Shown here piece by piece: positions 1 through 12,360 of a stretch of DNA of 64,000 bases. Source of the DNA: Eledone cirrhosa (taxonomy: Eukaryota); contig OZ024741.1 of the NCBI GenBank assembly GCA_964016885.1, positions 314,898,001 through 314,962,000 of the forward strand. The letters are read 5' to 3'. Position numbers and translations under genes: made by a program. The notes under the pieces are model-generated. The model saw nothing but the letters and a program-made list of their open reading frames with translations. It searched no databases and was not told the DNA's origin. Each line of letters starts with the position of its first letter. The stretch's first letter is position 1.

Positions 1-560
1 CCGTTCATCCATAGAGCTGCCATTAATTCTGCCATGTCTCATCCCGCCTTGGGCTGTCCTAAGTCTACTACAATTCATCTTATTTTGATATATAATTGCA
101 AACGAATCGAATATTAGTATTAATATTCGAAAACCTCAGATTACGTTTATTGTATTCAGCCATGTAGGGCGAATTTTTTTTTTATTTGAATATTGCAAAG
201 CTAGACATAAATCGCTTGTATTTTGTCGTTAAATATAAGAATATCACTAATAATTGTAGTAGAACTGATTCAAGGAAAGATTTCTGATATTTGTGCATGC
301 AATGTTTCTAATTATATTGATTATTATTTTCCATAAGGTCATAAGGCATTGTCAAATTGCTGTTCTGGTTTTACATGAACTTAACATCTCTTTATGTAAT
401 ATACTGTATCAATATTTTATTTAATAGTTGTATGCAGACTGATTCGTTTATCAACACTTTAATCTTATAATTATTGATATGGTATAAAATTGATACCACA
501 TCTAAAATTGTATGTAATTAATGATATCTTCAACATTATCATTTACACTGATATTTTCAG

Positions 561-695
561 AATGCCCAGTAGGAAAGTTTGGTTTATTTTGTCATGGGAT
601 ATGCCATTGTATGCACAACTATTTCTGTGACAAGAGATATGGATATTGTTTAAGTGGATGTGCTGCAGGTTATTTTGGTCGCAACTGCCAAGAAG
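561..695 (+). CDS. EGF-like repeat exon 1 (type A) of a MEGF10/SCARF-like multi-EGF membrane protein
   Basis: ATATTTTCAG acceptor, G|GTATTT donor, 135 nt, phase 1-1; (E)CPVGKFGLFCHGICHCMHNYFCDKRYGYCLSGCAAGYFGRNCQE, 8 Cys in MEGF-type spacing. Confidence 0.93.
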
Positions 696-753
696 GTATT
701 TCCTAAAGATGCTAAGTATTTATTTGAGAACGCAAATATCGTATATATATATA

Positions 754-795
<42 letters not shown>

Positions 796-816
796 TGTAC
801 TTGTGTGTAAGTATGG

Positions 817-862
<46 letters not shown>

Positions 863-899
863 GTGTGTATGTGTGTGTATGTGTATAAATGTGTGTATG

Positions 900-930
<31 letters not shown>

Positions 931-1097
931 ATGTATATGTGTGTGTGCGTGTGTGTGTGTGCATGTATGTTTATCTACTTTTATATTTATTATTTTTCCT
1001 TTACTTCTTCCTTTTCCAGCCTCACTTTCATATATATTATATTATATATTATATTTTTGTTTTTAAAATCCACTGTCAATAAATATACCAGGATTTT

Positions 1098-1156
1098 TTC
1101 ATTCTGATGACTGAAAGCAAATTTTGTTTGCTTTCAAGAAACCACTGGTAAATGAA
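1098..1156 (+). ncRNA. Type I hammerhead ribozyme motif
   Basis: ttcatt-CTGATGA-c tgaaagcaaa/tttgctttca a-GAAA-ccactgg-TA-aatgaa: stem I 6 bp, stem II 10 bp, GUA site. Confidence 0.82.
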
Positions 1157-1920
1157 TTAATTATTTGATGTTGTTTATTACATAACTAATAAGCTCTGTA
1201 ACCTACATAGAACACTCTTTTTTCCTGGAACTTTCCGACGGAATTAATTCTTTTATATATATATATATATATATAATAAGAGAATGCGAAGTAGTTTCAG
1301 ATTTTAAAGTCCTTTAAGGGTGTGATACATATTTCAATGACGACAGAGGCCACCCGCTTCTGTGTACCAAGTGCCGTGACATCATCTGATAGCGTATACA
1401 TAATAAGGTTATGTTCCCGAGGCAATCCAAATTAAATCGACAAGGGAACGGACACAGCGGGGGTTCTTGAATCCTTCGACCGATCCCGTGTGTCTAAATT
1501 CACCCCACCGTTTTCCGCAGGCGCAAGTCCGAAGGAAGTTGAACATCCACTATCCCAAAACCCTACGAAACTCGCCTAGGCATGTCCCCTCACACCACAA
1601 CGAAATAATCTCCCATCCAGGTCGGTAATATGAGACGGTTATAGTTTACTTCTAGTCGCCCAGCCAGTGGCAGTTGAACGAAACCTAGTGGTGGTGGCAG
1701 AGTATGAGTTACAATAGACCTCGATTCTGCCCCTAAATTATGCTTGGACAATATAATTGACCATCACCCGCTAAGAGAATATAAACTTAATTCTAGATTT
1801 TATGATTTCACAGTTGAAATTATGATAAAAAATTAGAAATTAAAAAATTACAAGCTAAATTCTTAAATTGAAGTAAATAAATAAAAAATGTTTTTTTAAA
1901 TATACATATATAGATAAATG

Positions 1921-2100
1921 TGGCACAATGTGGCACAATGCCAGCAATTACACAGTGCATTACTGGTATTTTATTTTATCGACTCCGTAAGGATGAAAGG
2001 CAACGTTAAGCTCGACGGGATTTGAACTCAGAATGGCCGTAACTCTATGCGTCAAAGCATGGGGGTACGGCCTTCTACCGATACTGCCAACCCTCCGCCA
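1921..2100 (-). mobile_element. SINE copy (further copies at about 11783-11956, 13083-13255, 18740-18926, 25115-25252, 27722-27912)
   Basis: Same family as 40999-41179; most copies were carried along with the exon duplications. Confidence 0.85.
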
Positions 2101-2139
<39 letters not shown>

Positions 2140-3326
2140 ACTAATAATTATAAATAGGGAGATGTTTAAATTATAGTAAGAAGTTTTGAAAGGGGGAACA
2201 TATTACAGATATATTAGCGATTTATTGAACGATAGTACCGTACAGCAGAACGGAGGGTAAATTATAGTATGAAAAGTAGTAATTAGGAAAATAATTAGTT
2301 AATAACTTCTTCTATCACATGAATGAAAACAAAACAAAAAGTACAGAGATGCAAAATGAGTGAGGAGACATTTATGAGAAAATATATACGAGGAAGATAA
2401 ACTGAGAAAGGTTCCATCTCAGCGTACTCAATAGGTAATGTAAAATACACTCCCAGAGTATACATATAGTTATTCGCTTCAATAAAACACACGTAAACGG
2501 GTTACTATAGTAGTTCCCAAATTCGAGTTTCTGCCACACTTAATGCAGCAGTAAGGTGCATTGCACCCCCTGTCCGCATATATTTTGCAACAATGCATAA
2601 TCGGGGAATATGGCTTCATCAGCAGTTTTCGCCTAATCAATAATCAATCGATTTGACCGAATTCGACTCCAGTCCGTGCAGGCTATGACTGCTTGTGACG
2701 GCCAAAACAGTAAAGTGATTAGCAACTGGAATCTGAGAGAATGCTGTACCCCGATATGTATATATATATATATTTATATATATATATTTGCGTTTGATTT
2801 CTTTCCGTTCCTACACAAGATTCATGGCCATAGGTAAAGGCTGGTACAAGAAAATCAAATTGAAGAATACGAGTTTGGCTTTTATACCTACCTCCCTTCT
2901 TCTCATCTTGGGATGCTGAAGTTGGCGCAATGTATATATATATAGAGAGAGAGGTAATACCTCCGCAGCGTGGAAAGTTTAACTAGCCCAAGGGTGTATA
3001 ACAGTGGGGATGAGGTATTCCTTTAAATCTTCATCAACACTAATTTACTCCGCCTCCCGACACACCCAAATCTCTTTTATATAAAGTCACAGATCACAAC
3101 ACAACCTGAGATGAGTTTGACAATCCCTAACCGACGAATGCAAGAAAATTGTCTAGGAAATTTAATCAGGAATCTTTCAAATTCTCCCCACCAAAGTTAA
3201 CAAAGAATTTACTAGATCTACAAAACCAAATTGTAAAATTATGATATTATGAAAAAAAGAGGATTCTTTAGAACTACAGGTGAAGACATTCTTTTCCTTT
3301 CTTTCAATATGGCCAACTGTACCAAG

Positions 3327-3381
<55 letters not shown>

Positions 3382-4730
3382 AAAATCAATTAAGCTAGTC
3401 CGGAGGAGACAAAGGTGGTTAGTTACGCAGATTACTAGCCATTATAGAGAGGTTTGTGTGGTCAATGCATATAAGTTGTTAGACTAGCGAGCCATGCAAT
3501 TAAATGTAAAGAGAGATAGCTTAATAGTCGGAATTTCGTAGTGAAGAGACTAATTAACATTCAAATGCACAAATACACACACACACATGAAAACATACAC
3601 ACGCACACGCACACACACGCACACACACACACGTGCTTATTTGTTGTCGTTAAATGTAAGAATATCAGTGATAAATAATGCAGACACCGATAAGTAGTGT
3701 AAAAGTTGTAATATTTTTTTGTGTAATTTAGCAGCTTATATTGATTATTACCTCCATATCAACATCATCCTCATCATCGTTCATTGCCCATCTTCCACGC
3801 TAGAATGGGTAAGATAGGCTATGCCATTGTGAGTGATCAACTTGGGATCCGTGATTCGCTCACATAGAATTCATTTTGGCTTGGTTTCTATGGATGGTTT
3901 CCCATCCTTACGACAAACACATTTACAGTGTGTACTGGGTGCATTTAGCTGTGTCGCCTTCATTCTGTGTCGCCTACATCCTGTGTCGCCTACATTCTGT
4001 GTCGCCTACTTTCTAGTATTGCCTGTGTGCTTCTTGTCGTGTCGCGTACACAACCACTTTACAGTGTGGACTGGGCGCTCGCTTTTGTCATGACACCTAC
4101 ATGACCACAATTGAGTGGGCTGCGCTCTTTAGGCGTGGCTTCCGGGGGATCACTTTATAGAGAAGGTTGAAATTGTGAAGATGCTTGGGGAAATTGGGGA
4201 CGTCATAAGTATAGGGGAGGTTTATGGGATGGTTGGGAGTGTTGTTGCCTACTAGGTATATGCCTGAGCCCGAGAATAATAGAAGTTGAGTTTTCTGTAA
4301 TACATCATAGCACGATAGGTCACAGTCCTGTGTCATCGCCTTAATAGAGCAAAGTCAGCTTTATTACCACATCTCAAGTCTTCCTAGACCGTCCTCCTTA
4401 TGTACTTGCCTATCTAGTTGCAGCGTTGCTGACCTACCAAGATAGGGAAACTCTGAAAAATAACTGCGGCTTCTGAACCTGCAGGTTCGTCGGACACTTG
4501 CAATAATTTTGGATCATATTTTCCCACTGTGGTGTTAGCGTCAAAAAACATCTTCCTCGCTTGTCCTGCTGTTGGCCGTTGTTTTTCTACGTCATCATAA
4601 ATTCTGGCCAATAGTAGTTGTCAGACTGGCCATCGGCTGTCCCTCTGCCTGGCCCGACGCACTTCAATGAATTCATGCTGGGTTTGGTATTTCACAAGTC
4701 CACTCGCGGTCTAACACACACATATACACA

Positions 4731-4815
<85 letters not shown>

Positions 4816-4856
4816 TATATGAAAAATGGCGTGCTCCGTGATTGCAAATGGGTTAC

Positions 4857-5686
4857 ATATGAATAAAATTAGTCCTTCATCAGCGATCTTCCAACCTTCA
4901 TTGGCATTTCCTCGCTTTAAAATCATATACCCTGGTTGGTGCGAGCAATAACTAAAGTTATTGGGACACGTCAAATAGGGTGAAGCGAGCGAGACATGTA
5001 AACAAACATAGATAGTAATGCAACGGAAAGAGAGGAAGGGAAGAGACTAGTCCCTGATATCTATGAACTTAAGTACCGTGAAATCATAGACGAGAGATAA
5101 AGACCATCCGACCTGGGTGAGATGTGAGTGAGAAAAGGGTTTCACGCAGGTCAAACGGGAGGAAGTGGGAGAGAGGAGTAGCAGAGAGTGAGTGAGAGAA
5201 ATTGTGAGGAAGAGGCCAGCTGAGAGAGAGTGACTGGCTATACATCAGGTTGGTGCGAGCAATAACTAAAAAAAGTTATTGACCCTCTTTTTACCCCCTC
5301 TGCCAGTCTCTCTCTCTCTCAGCTGGCCTCTTCCTCACACTTTCACTCACTCACTCTCTGGTACTACCCCTGTTCCTCCCGTTTGACCTGTGTGAAATCC
5401 TTTTCTCACTCACATCTCACCCAGGTCGGTTGATCTTTATCTCTCGTCTATGATTTCACAGAACTTAAGTTCATAGATATCACGGACTTGTTTCTTCTCT
5501 TCCTCTCTTTCCGTTGCATTACCATCTATGTTTGTTTACATGTCTCACTCACTTCACCCTAATTTACGTGTCCCAATAACTTTTTTTTAGTTATTGCTCG
5601 CACCAACCAGAGGTATATGATCTTTAAAGCGAGGAAATGCCAATGAAGGTTGGAAGATCACTGATGAAGGACTAATTTTATTCATA
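4857..5686. repeat. Inverted repeat, about 380-bp arms
   Basis: 4857-5238 is the reverse complement of 5302-5686, with scattered mismatches. Confidence 0.88.
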
Positions 5687-6122
5687 TATTTTAAGGATCG
5701 ATCTACTTTCGTCAAATCGGACCGAGGAAACAATGTTTTCGTCTGTCTTTCCAGTTGCTAATACTATCTATCGGTCGCAACTTCAGGTAAAAGGAGCAAC
5801 GTGAAATAAAGTGTCTTGCTCAAGGACATAACGCATCGCCTGGTCCAGGAATCGAACTCACAATCTCAAGATTGTGAATGCAATTCTCTGACCAATCAGC
5901 CACACGCCTTCATATATATATATATACAACTCACATACACACACACGCACAGAACCATATAACTAATAACATTCGCTTCTACAGACGCCTGCCTACATGC
6001 CCGCGTACATCACCTCTCATACACACACGCGCATACACACCCGCACGCACATACATTCGTACACACACATAAATGTACACACAAACAAGCCCTTACCCTA
6101 CAGTAGGTGCACGTACACACGC

Positions 6123-6157
<35 letters not shown>

Positions 6158-6864
6158 TTGGCTCATATACACTCAAACAAATACGCACCTTATATCTACA
6201 TGCCCACGTACATCTACAAAGATACATACACACATACATATATCTGTCCGTACTCAAATATGATATACTCACAGAGTCATATCAATCTGCACAATGGGTC
6301 ATACAGGGTCATCCATGAAAGGATGCATCTTGTTATACACATGCACAAATATAAACAATGCAACCAAATACATACATCCATACACATACATGCATGTATA
6401 CATACGCACATATAAATAAATAAATAAGTATATGAAAAAGAAATAAATGTATATATATATGCACATACATATGTATATATATATATATACACACACACAC
6501 ATACACATATATATGTACATGCACACACATACATACACATCTATAAAAAAAACTACAACATACAAAAATATACATATAACGTCATACATTAAAAGATGTA
6601 TCTTGTACTAAACATGCACGAATATAAACAGTATAATCATATACATACATCCATACACATTCACATACCATGTACATACATATCTCTCTCTACATACACA
6701 CACATATATATATACACATACGCACACACATATACACACATAAAAAAATATATATACAATATATTAAAATATACATATAACGTCACATAGAGATATATTT
6801 AAAAAAAAGAGAAGAAAGATGGAGGGACGTGTATGCGTATGATATAGTACATATGGGGAATATA

Positions 6865-7333
6865 CATCCGCGATTTAAAGGTCGTGGATGTTGCGCCGAT
6901 GGAGGTGAACTTTATATTGTGGGTGCTAACCACACATTTATATACCAGGCCCTTCGTCAGGCATCTTGTCTGTACGAGGCACTGGGTGCCCGCTCTGCAG
7001 TTACCTGATCTGTCGTTATTTTGTTCACTTCGGACGCCTGGCCCTCGATCTACTAGGGCCCTTCTCCCGATTCTCAGGGTGTTGTTCCGCTGGCACAATG
7101 GGCACGATGGTCCCCCCCCCTTCCGCCACAAGTCCTCTCCTGGCGTTGGATTATATCGCCTTCTGTGGGCGTGGCGGCCTCCGCGGGGCCGGGTTGTAGT
7201 TGTAGGGCCGCCGGTCCCCGTAGGTTTCTCCACGCTCCGATGGATGGTCATTCTGCCGCCGCGGTTGACGGACGATGTTCCCCATCATTACCTCGTTGCT
7301 TTTGGCCATGTATTCGGCCATGTTAGGTGCTGT
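6865..7333 (-). mobile_element. Inverted partial copy of the adjacent PLE
   Basis: GNCRAGTQCLVQTRCLTKGLVYKCVV..SIGATSTTFKSRM; reverse-complement similarity to 7387-7850. Confidence 0.75.
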
Positions 7334-7386
7334 TGAGAAGGAAAACTTCACCGTGTGACGGTTGGAAATCTTGTGGTATTTTGTCA

Positions 7387-8545
7387 ACAGTACCTAACAT
7401 GGCCGACTACATGGCCAAAACCAACGCGGTAAAGATGGGAAACATCGACCGTCAAACGTGGCGGCAGAATGACAGTCCATCGTAGCGTGGAGGAACCTTC
7501 GGGGACCGGCCTTCCAACAACAACCCGGCCCCCGCGGCGGCCGCCACGTCGGCGGAAGGCTATATAATCCAGCGCCAGGAGGGAACGAGTGGCGGGGGGG
7601 GGGGGGAGACCATCGTGCCGGCGGTACAACACCCTGAGAATCAGGAGAGGGGCCTAGCAGATCGAGGGCCAGGCGTCCGAAGTGAACAAAATAAAGACAG
7701 AACATGTAACTGCAGAGCGGGCATCACAGCCCCCTACAGAAAAGATGCCTGACGAAGAGCCTGGTATTTAAATGTCTTGATAGCACCCATAATATAAAGC
7801 ACACATACATCGGCGAAACATCCACGATCTTTAAATCGCGGATGTATAATCCAGACAAACTCTTTCAAGAACCACAGTAAGAGGCACTCTAATAGGCTAG
7901 CGGACCTGGTGTGGGACTTGAAAGACAAAAGCCCTTGACTGGACTATCGTTCGGCACGCGAATGCATACTCGGCTGCAAGTAGTAAGTGTAGCCTATACC
8001 TATACGAGACCATGGAAATAGTCAACCTGAAATCGGAAATGATCATGACCTGCAGACACCAGAGAAGGTGCACACTCTCCGCATGGAATCCACCGGGAAG
8101 CCCAGACTAAGGGCAGGCGGTGGAGCACGCACCGACCAGAGCCACAAAACAGGTTCAAGGGATCAGACACCATAGGCTGATGACAATATATGCCCCGTGG
8201 GGTAAACTAAAACAACCCAAGATGCATACCCGTCTCTGCACGTTACCCTAGGCAAGGTCATCGCCTGAGCCGGGACAGTTTGACCCGGATTCCGCGGTCT
8301 TTCAGTCAAATACCTTACACCTATAGGACAACATACCTCAACCACAGTGACATACTCCAATATGGCCGGGCTAAGCACCCCCATGCATGTGTACCTTTTC
8401 AATCGAGAAAACATATTCTCCACGTGTTCCATTTTGGAACACATATTATTTGTTCTGTATACAGACCCAATTGTGCATCTCATATTCCCCATATGTACTA
8501 TATCATACGCATACACGTCCCTCCTTCTTTCTTCTCTTTTTTAAA
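7387..8545 (+). mobile_element. Decayed Penelope-like (Neptune-type) 3' fragment with GIY-YIG remnant
   Basis: Fragments reading TCNCRAG, CLTKSLVFKC, YIGETSTIFKSRMYN, LVWDLK, MTCRHQR; inverted partial copy at about 6865-7333. Confidence 0.75.
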
Positions 8546-9073
8546 TATATCTATGTGACGTTATATGTATATTTTAATATATTGTATATATATTTTTTTT
8601 TATATGTGCGTATATGTGTATGCGTATGTGTATATATATATATGTGTGTGTATGTACATGGTATGTGAATGTGTATGGATGTATGTATATGAATATACTG
8701 TTTATATTCGTGCATGTTTCGTACAAGATACATCTTTTAATGTATGACGTTACATGTATATTTTAGTATAATGTAGTTTTTTATTGATGTGTATGTATGT
8801 GTGTGCATGTACATATACATGTGTGTGTGTATGTGTGTGTATACATATATGTATGTGTGTATATTTATGTGTGTGAACATATACATGTGTGTTTGGGAGC
8901 GAGTCTGTTATTGTGCCTGTATATACGGACACGTGTATGTACGTGTGTGCGTCTGTGTGTGCGTGTGTATGTGTGAGAGAGCAGATGTACGTGGGCATGT
9001 AGGCAGGCGTCTGTGGACGCGTATGTTGTTAGTTATATGGTTGTGTGCGTATGTGGGTGTATGTGAGTGTGGT

Positions 9074-9153
<80 letters not shown>

Positions 9154-9668
9154 TGTGTGTCTGTGTGTGTGTGTGTGCGCGAGTCGACTTGTGAAATAGC
9201 AAACCCAGCATGAATTCATTGAAGTGTGTCAGGCGGAGGGTCAGCTGATGGCCAGTCTGACAGAAACTATTGGCCAGAATTTATGATGACGTAGAAAAAC
9301 AACAGTCAACAGCAGGACAAGCGAGAGAGATATTTTTTGAGGCTGACGCCACAGTGGGAACATTTGATTCGAAATTATTGCAAGTGTCCGACGAACCTGC
9401 AGGTTCATAATCAAACAGATCCTTACAATGATCGTATCTCGAGCTGTCTGCGGAGAAACAATTGTAACACACAATAAATTCAATGATTTTTCCTTTTATA
9501 TTATATCACACTCTGCTCTGTAAGAACATAGAGTGCTCCTCCGGCATACCACCTATGGAAGCATCTTAGCTACCATCAGAAACACACTCACACACACACA
9601 CACATATATGTTGATTTAAAACTGCACTATCCACAAGTGTTTTTTAACCTTCATATCATGTCTTCCTG

Positions 9669-9735
9669 TTTTATCTGATGAAAACACAAATATTATTGCA
9701 TGATGATATTTGTTTTTGAAATGCGCATAATAAAA
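9669..9735 (+). ncRNA. Minimal type I hammerhead ribozyme (TGCGCA family)
   Basis: ttttat-CTGATGA-stem II-GAAA-tgcgca-TA-ataaaa; palindromic stem III. Confidence 0.8.
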
Positions 9736-9860
9736 TACATGGAACTCTTTTAACCATCTTTTGTTCTTATATATTATATATACTCCAGTCCTACAAACTG
9801 TAGAGTGCTTCTTATCCGATATCTGCATTGCTTTATTGTACTACAATAAAACTCACCTCC

Positions 9861-9894
<34 letters not shown>

Positions 9895-9928
9895 ACGTAA
9901 AATATTAACTTACTTACTTAAATTTTCA

Positions 9929-10008
9929 CTCCAACTAATTAGTTTCTGCAATGGGATAAAGACAGTTACGTAATGAACTGTTGAGAATTTTATTGCGTCA
10001 TCAGGGAG
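9929..10008 (-). ncRNA. Minimal hammerhead motif (CTAATTAG)
   Basis: Minus strand: ctcc-CTGATGA-cgcaat..attgca-GAAA-ctaattag-TT-ggag. Confidence 0.68.
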
Positions 10009-10337
10009 GTCATTCTCAGCCGAGTCTCCAGTTTTTAAAAAAAAATTTTTAACATTTATTTAAAGAAATTTTCTTATTTTACGTCTTATATATTATTGTT
10101 CTGCATTCTCCTGCATTGAACCACCTAGGTACTATGACATAACCTGTGTATTTGCTGGCATTAGCGTACATCTGTGCGCTTATGTTAGTAGATATATTAA
10201 ATTATCTCTATATATATATATATATGTAGATAAATCTACCAAAAGTTTACGGTAGTGTCCAATCCGTATGAAGAACTCAATGTAATCCGGATATCATGAA
10301 AAGAGAAGATACATTCAAAAACTAATTTCGGTGAAAA

Positions 10338-10398
10338 ATAAACGGAAAACATAAACATATATACACATACACACACATACACACATATATACATATAT

Positions 10399-10429
<31 letters not shown>

Positions 10430-10664
10430 CATGCAAATATACATACATACATATATATATACACACACATACACATTTACAAATACATATAATTATTGGG
10501 GGGGGGGGATTAAAATTATTAGTGAGAAATAATAAATATATATAGATTTCTATATATATTTATTATTTCTCACTAATAATTTTAATTCCCCCCCCCCCCA
10601 ATAATTATATGTATTTGTAAATGTGTATGTGTGTGTATATATATATGTATGTATGTATATTTGC

Positions 10665-10722
<58 letters not shown>

Positions 10723-10757
10723 ATATATGTATATATGTGTGTATGTGTGTGTATGTG

Positions 10758-10770
<13 letters not shown>
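10338..10770. repeat. Palindrome centred near 10548
   Basis: G-run/C-run and the flanking microsatellites mirror each other. Confidence 0.8.
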
Positions 10771-10814
<44 letters not shown>

Positions 10815-12225
10815 TATTTTTATATTCTTTTAATTCCCCTCATCTTTAACAGCACTTTTCAACTGCATCTAACTCTTATTTATCATATCTATATGTATTA
10901 GTATAATTTTATCAATATAAATATACCCATCAATTAAATTAATTTATATTCTTTTCATAGATGTATTTATTTTCACTAACACTCTTATCGTAAAACTTTA
11001 GTCTCCTTAGATATTTGCATTGGAATTACTATTTTATAACAACAACTGCTTGTATACCTTTTACTGACCACCTGACCTATTTTCACCCCTAAAATAAGCT
11101 TTAATTACTACTATTTTACAATTCGGCCAATTATTAACTTTCTATTGGTTAATTCTAAACCTCTTACCAAACAGACAGAATATATTAGATCTTTGTTGGT
11201 TTTATTCAATGAACAAATAAAATTATTTCTGAGGTCAGCATAAGACCTATTTTCTTCCCTAAAATAATCCTTCATTCATAATATTCTTTTCCATCCAAAA
11301 CTGAAATCTACCTTCCTCTACCCATAATTTAAGGTTCTTCTACTACTATATTACTATCTTGAACCTTACTATCTCTCTATTGGTCAATTCAAAACCTGTT
11401 CCCAAACAGACCCATTCTATTGAATCTTTGTTTTTTTCAATAAACAAATATCATTATTTCTGAAGACAGCATATATATGTGTAGGTATGTATATTCCCTC
11501 TGATAGTTTGTATAAATATTGTACATAGATCTATAGAATATGCATACCAACTCTAACACACATATATCCTAGAAACGATCGTAAAATGATGACATTTTTT
11601 TTAATATAACGAACTGTTTCTTTGTTTATTCATTGTTTCATTAATTTATATATATATATATATATATATAAATTAAAAATATAACTAAAAATGAGGTTAA
11701 TACCCAGAATCACTAGTGTCTGCAGTTCTGTTTACATGCCAACACATGAGCAAGTATTAGGGGCTCATTCAATATCACTAATAATTGTTTCTATTTTAGG
11801 CACAAGGCCAGCAATTAACCATTACGTTACTGGTACTTTATTTTATCGACCCCGTAAGGATGAAAGGCAAATTAACCTCGGCCTGATTTGAACTCAGATC
11901 GTAAAGGGACGTAACTATGCTGGAAAGCATGTCCGATCCTCTACCGATACTGCCAAAATTATAGTAGAACTGATTCAAGGAAAGGTTTCTGATATTTATG
12001 CATGCAATGTTTCTAATTATATTGATTATTATTTACTATAAGGTCATAAGGCATTGTAAAATTGCTGTTCTGGTTTTACATGAACTTAACATCTCTTTAT
12101 GTAATATACTGTATCAATGTATTATTTAATAGTTGTATGCAGACTGATTCGTTTATCACCACTTTAATCTAATAATTTTTGATATGGTATAAAATTGATG
12201 CCACATTTACAATTGATATTTTCAG

Positions 12226-12360
12226 AATGCCCAGTAGGAAGGTATGGTATAATTTGTCGTGGGACATGCCATTGTATAAACAACATTAACTGCGACAGGG
12301 TAAATGGATCTTGTTCAGATGGATGTGCTGCAGGTTATACTGGTGACAGCTGCGACGAAG
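12226..12360 (+). CDS. EGF-like repeat exon 2 (type B)
   Basis: AG/GT bounded, 135 nt, phase 1-1; (E)CPVGRYGIICRGTCHCINNINCDRVNGSCSDGCAAGYTGDSCDE; absent from the ORF track. Confidence 0.92.

Larger units (their letters stand above)
4474..9407. repeat. Large nested inverted duplication
   Basis: 4474-4720 vs 9178-9407; about 5915-6862 vs 8484-9075; 6865-7333 vs 7387-7850. Confidence 0.82.

Noticed and set aside
521-706. MISSTLS.. ORFs (also 17499 and 24234) read as small secreted Cys-rich peptides
   Set aside because: The apparent leader is intron sequence ending at the AG acceptor. It is deleted before exon 2, interrupted by a stop before exon 5 and absent before exon 6, while the AG/GT boundaries are conserved in all seven exons
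654-1107. ORFs rich in YI/CV/HT repeats here and throughout (e.g. 25271-25805, 53169-54187, 62125-62987)
   Set aside because: Translations of (TA)n and (CA)n microsatellites
1511-1580. Acceptor-like TTTCCGCAG in the conserved post-exon block
   Set aside because: The phase-1 frame reaches a stop in most copies and the copies carry indels; treated as intron sequence
2295-2492. Recurrent minus-strand ORF MCFIEANN.. (also 13413 and 19122)
   Set aside because: Recurrence is explained by the unit duplication; the copy near 29390-29560 is disrupted; no recognisable domain
2515-2630. Hammerhead-like fold on the minus strand with long stem II (also near 15108-15180, 21985-22019 and 51984-52079)
   Set aside because: Weak stem I or a mutated catalytic core; not listed as ribozymes
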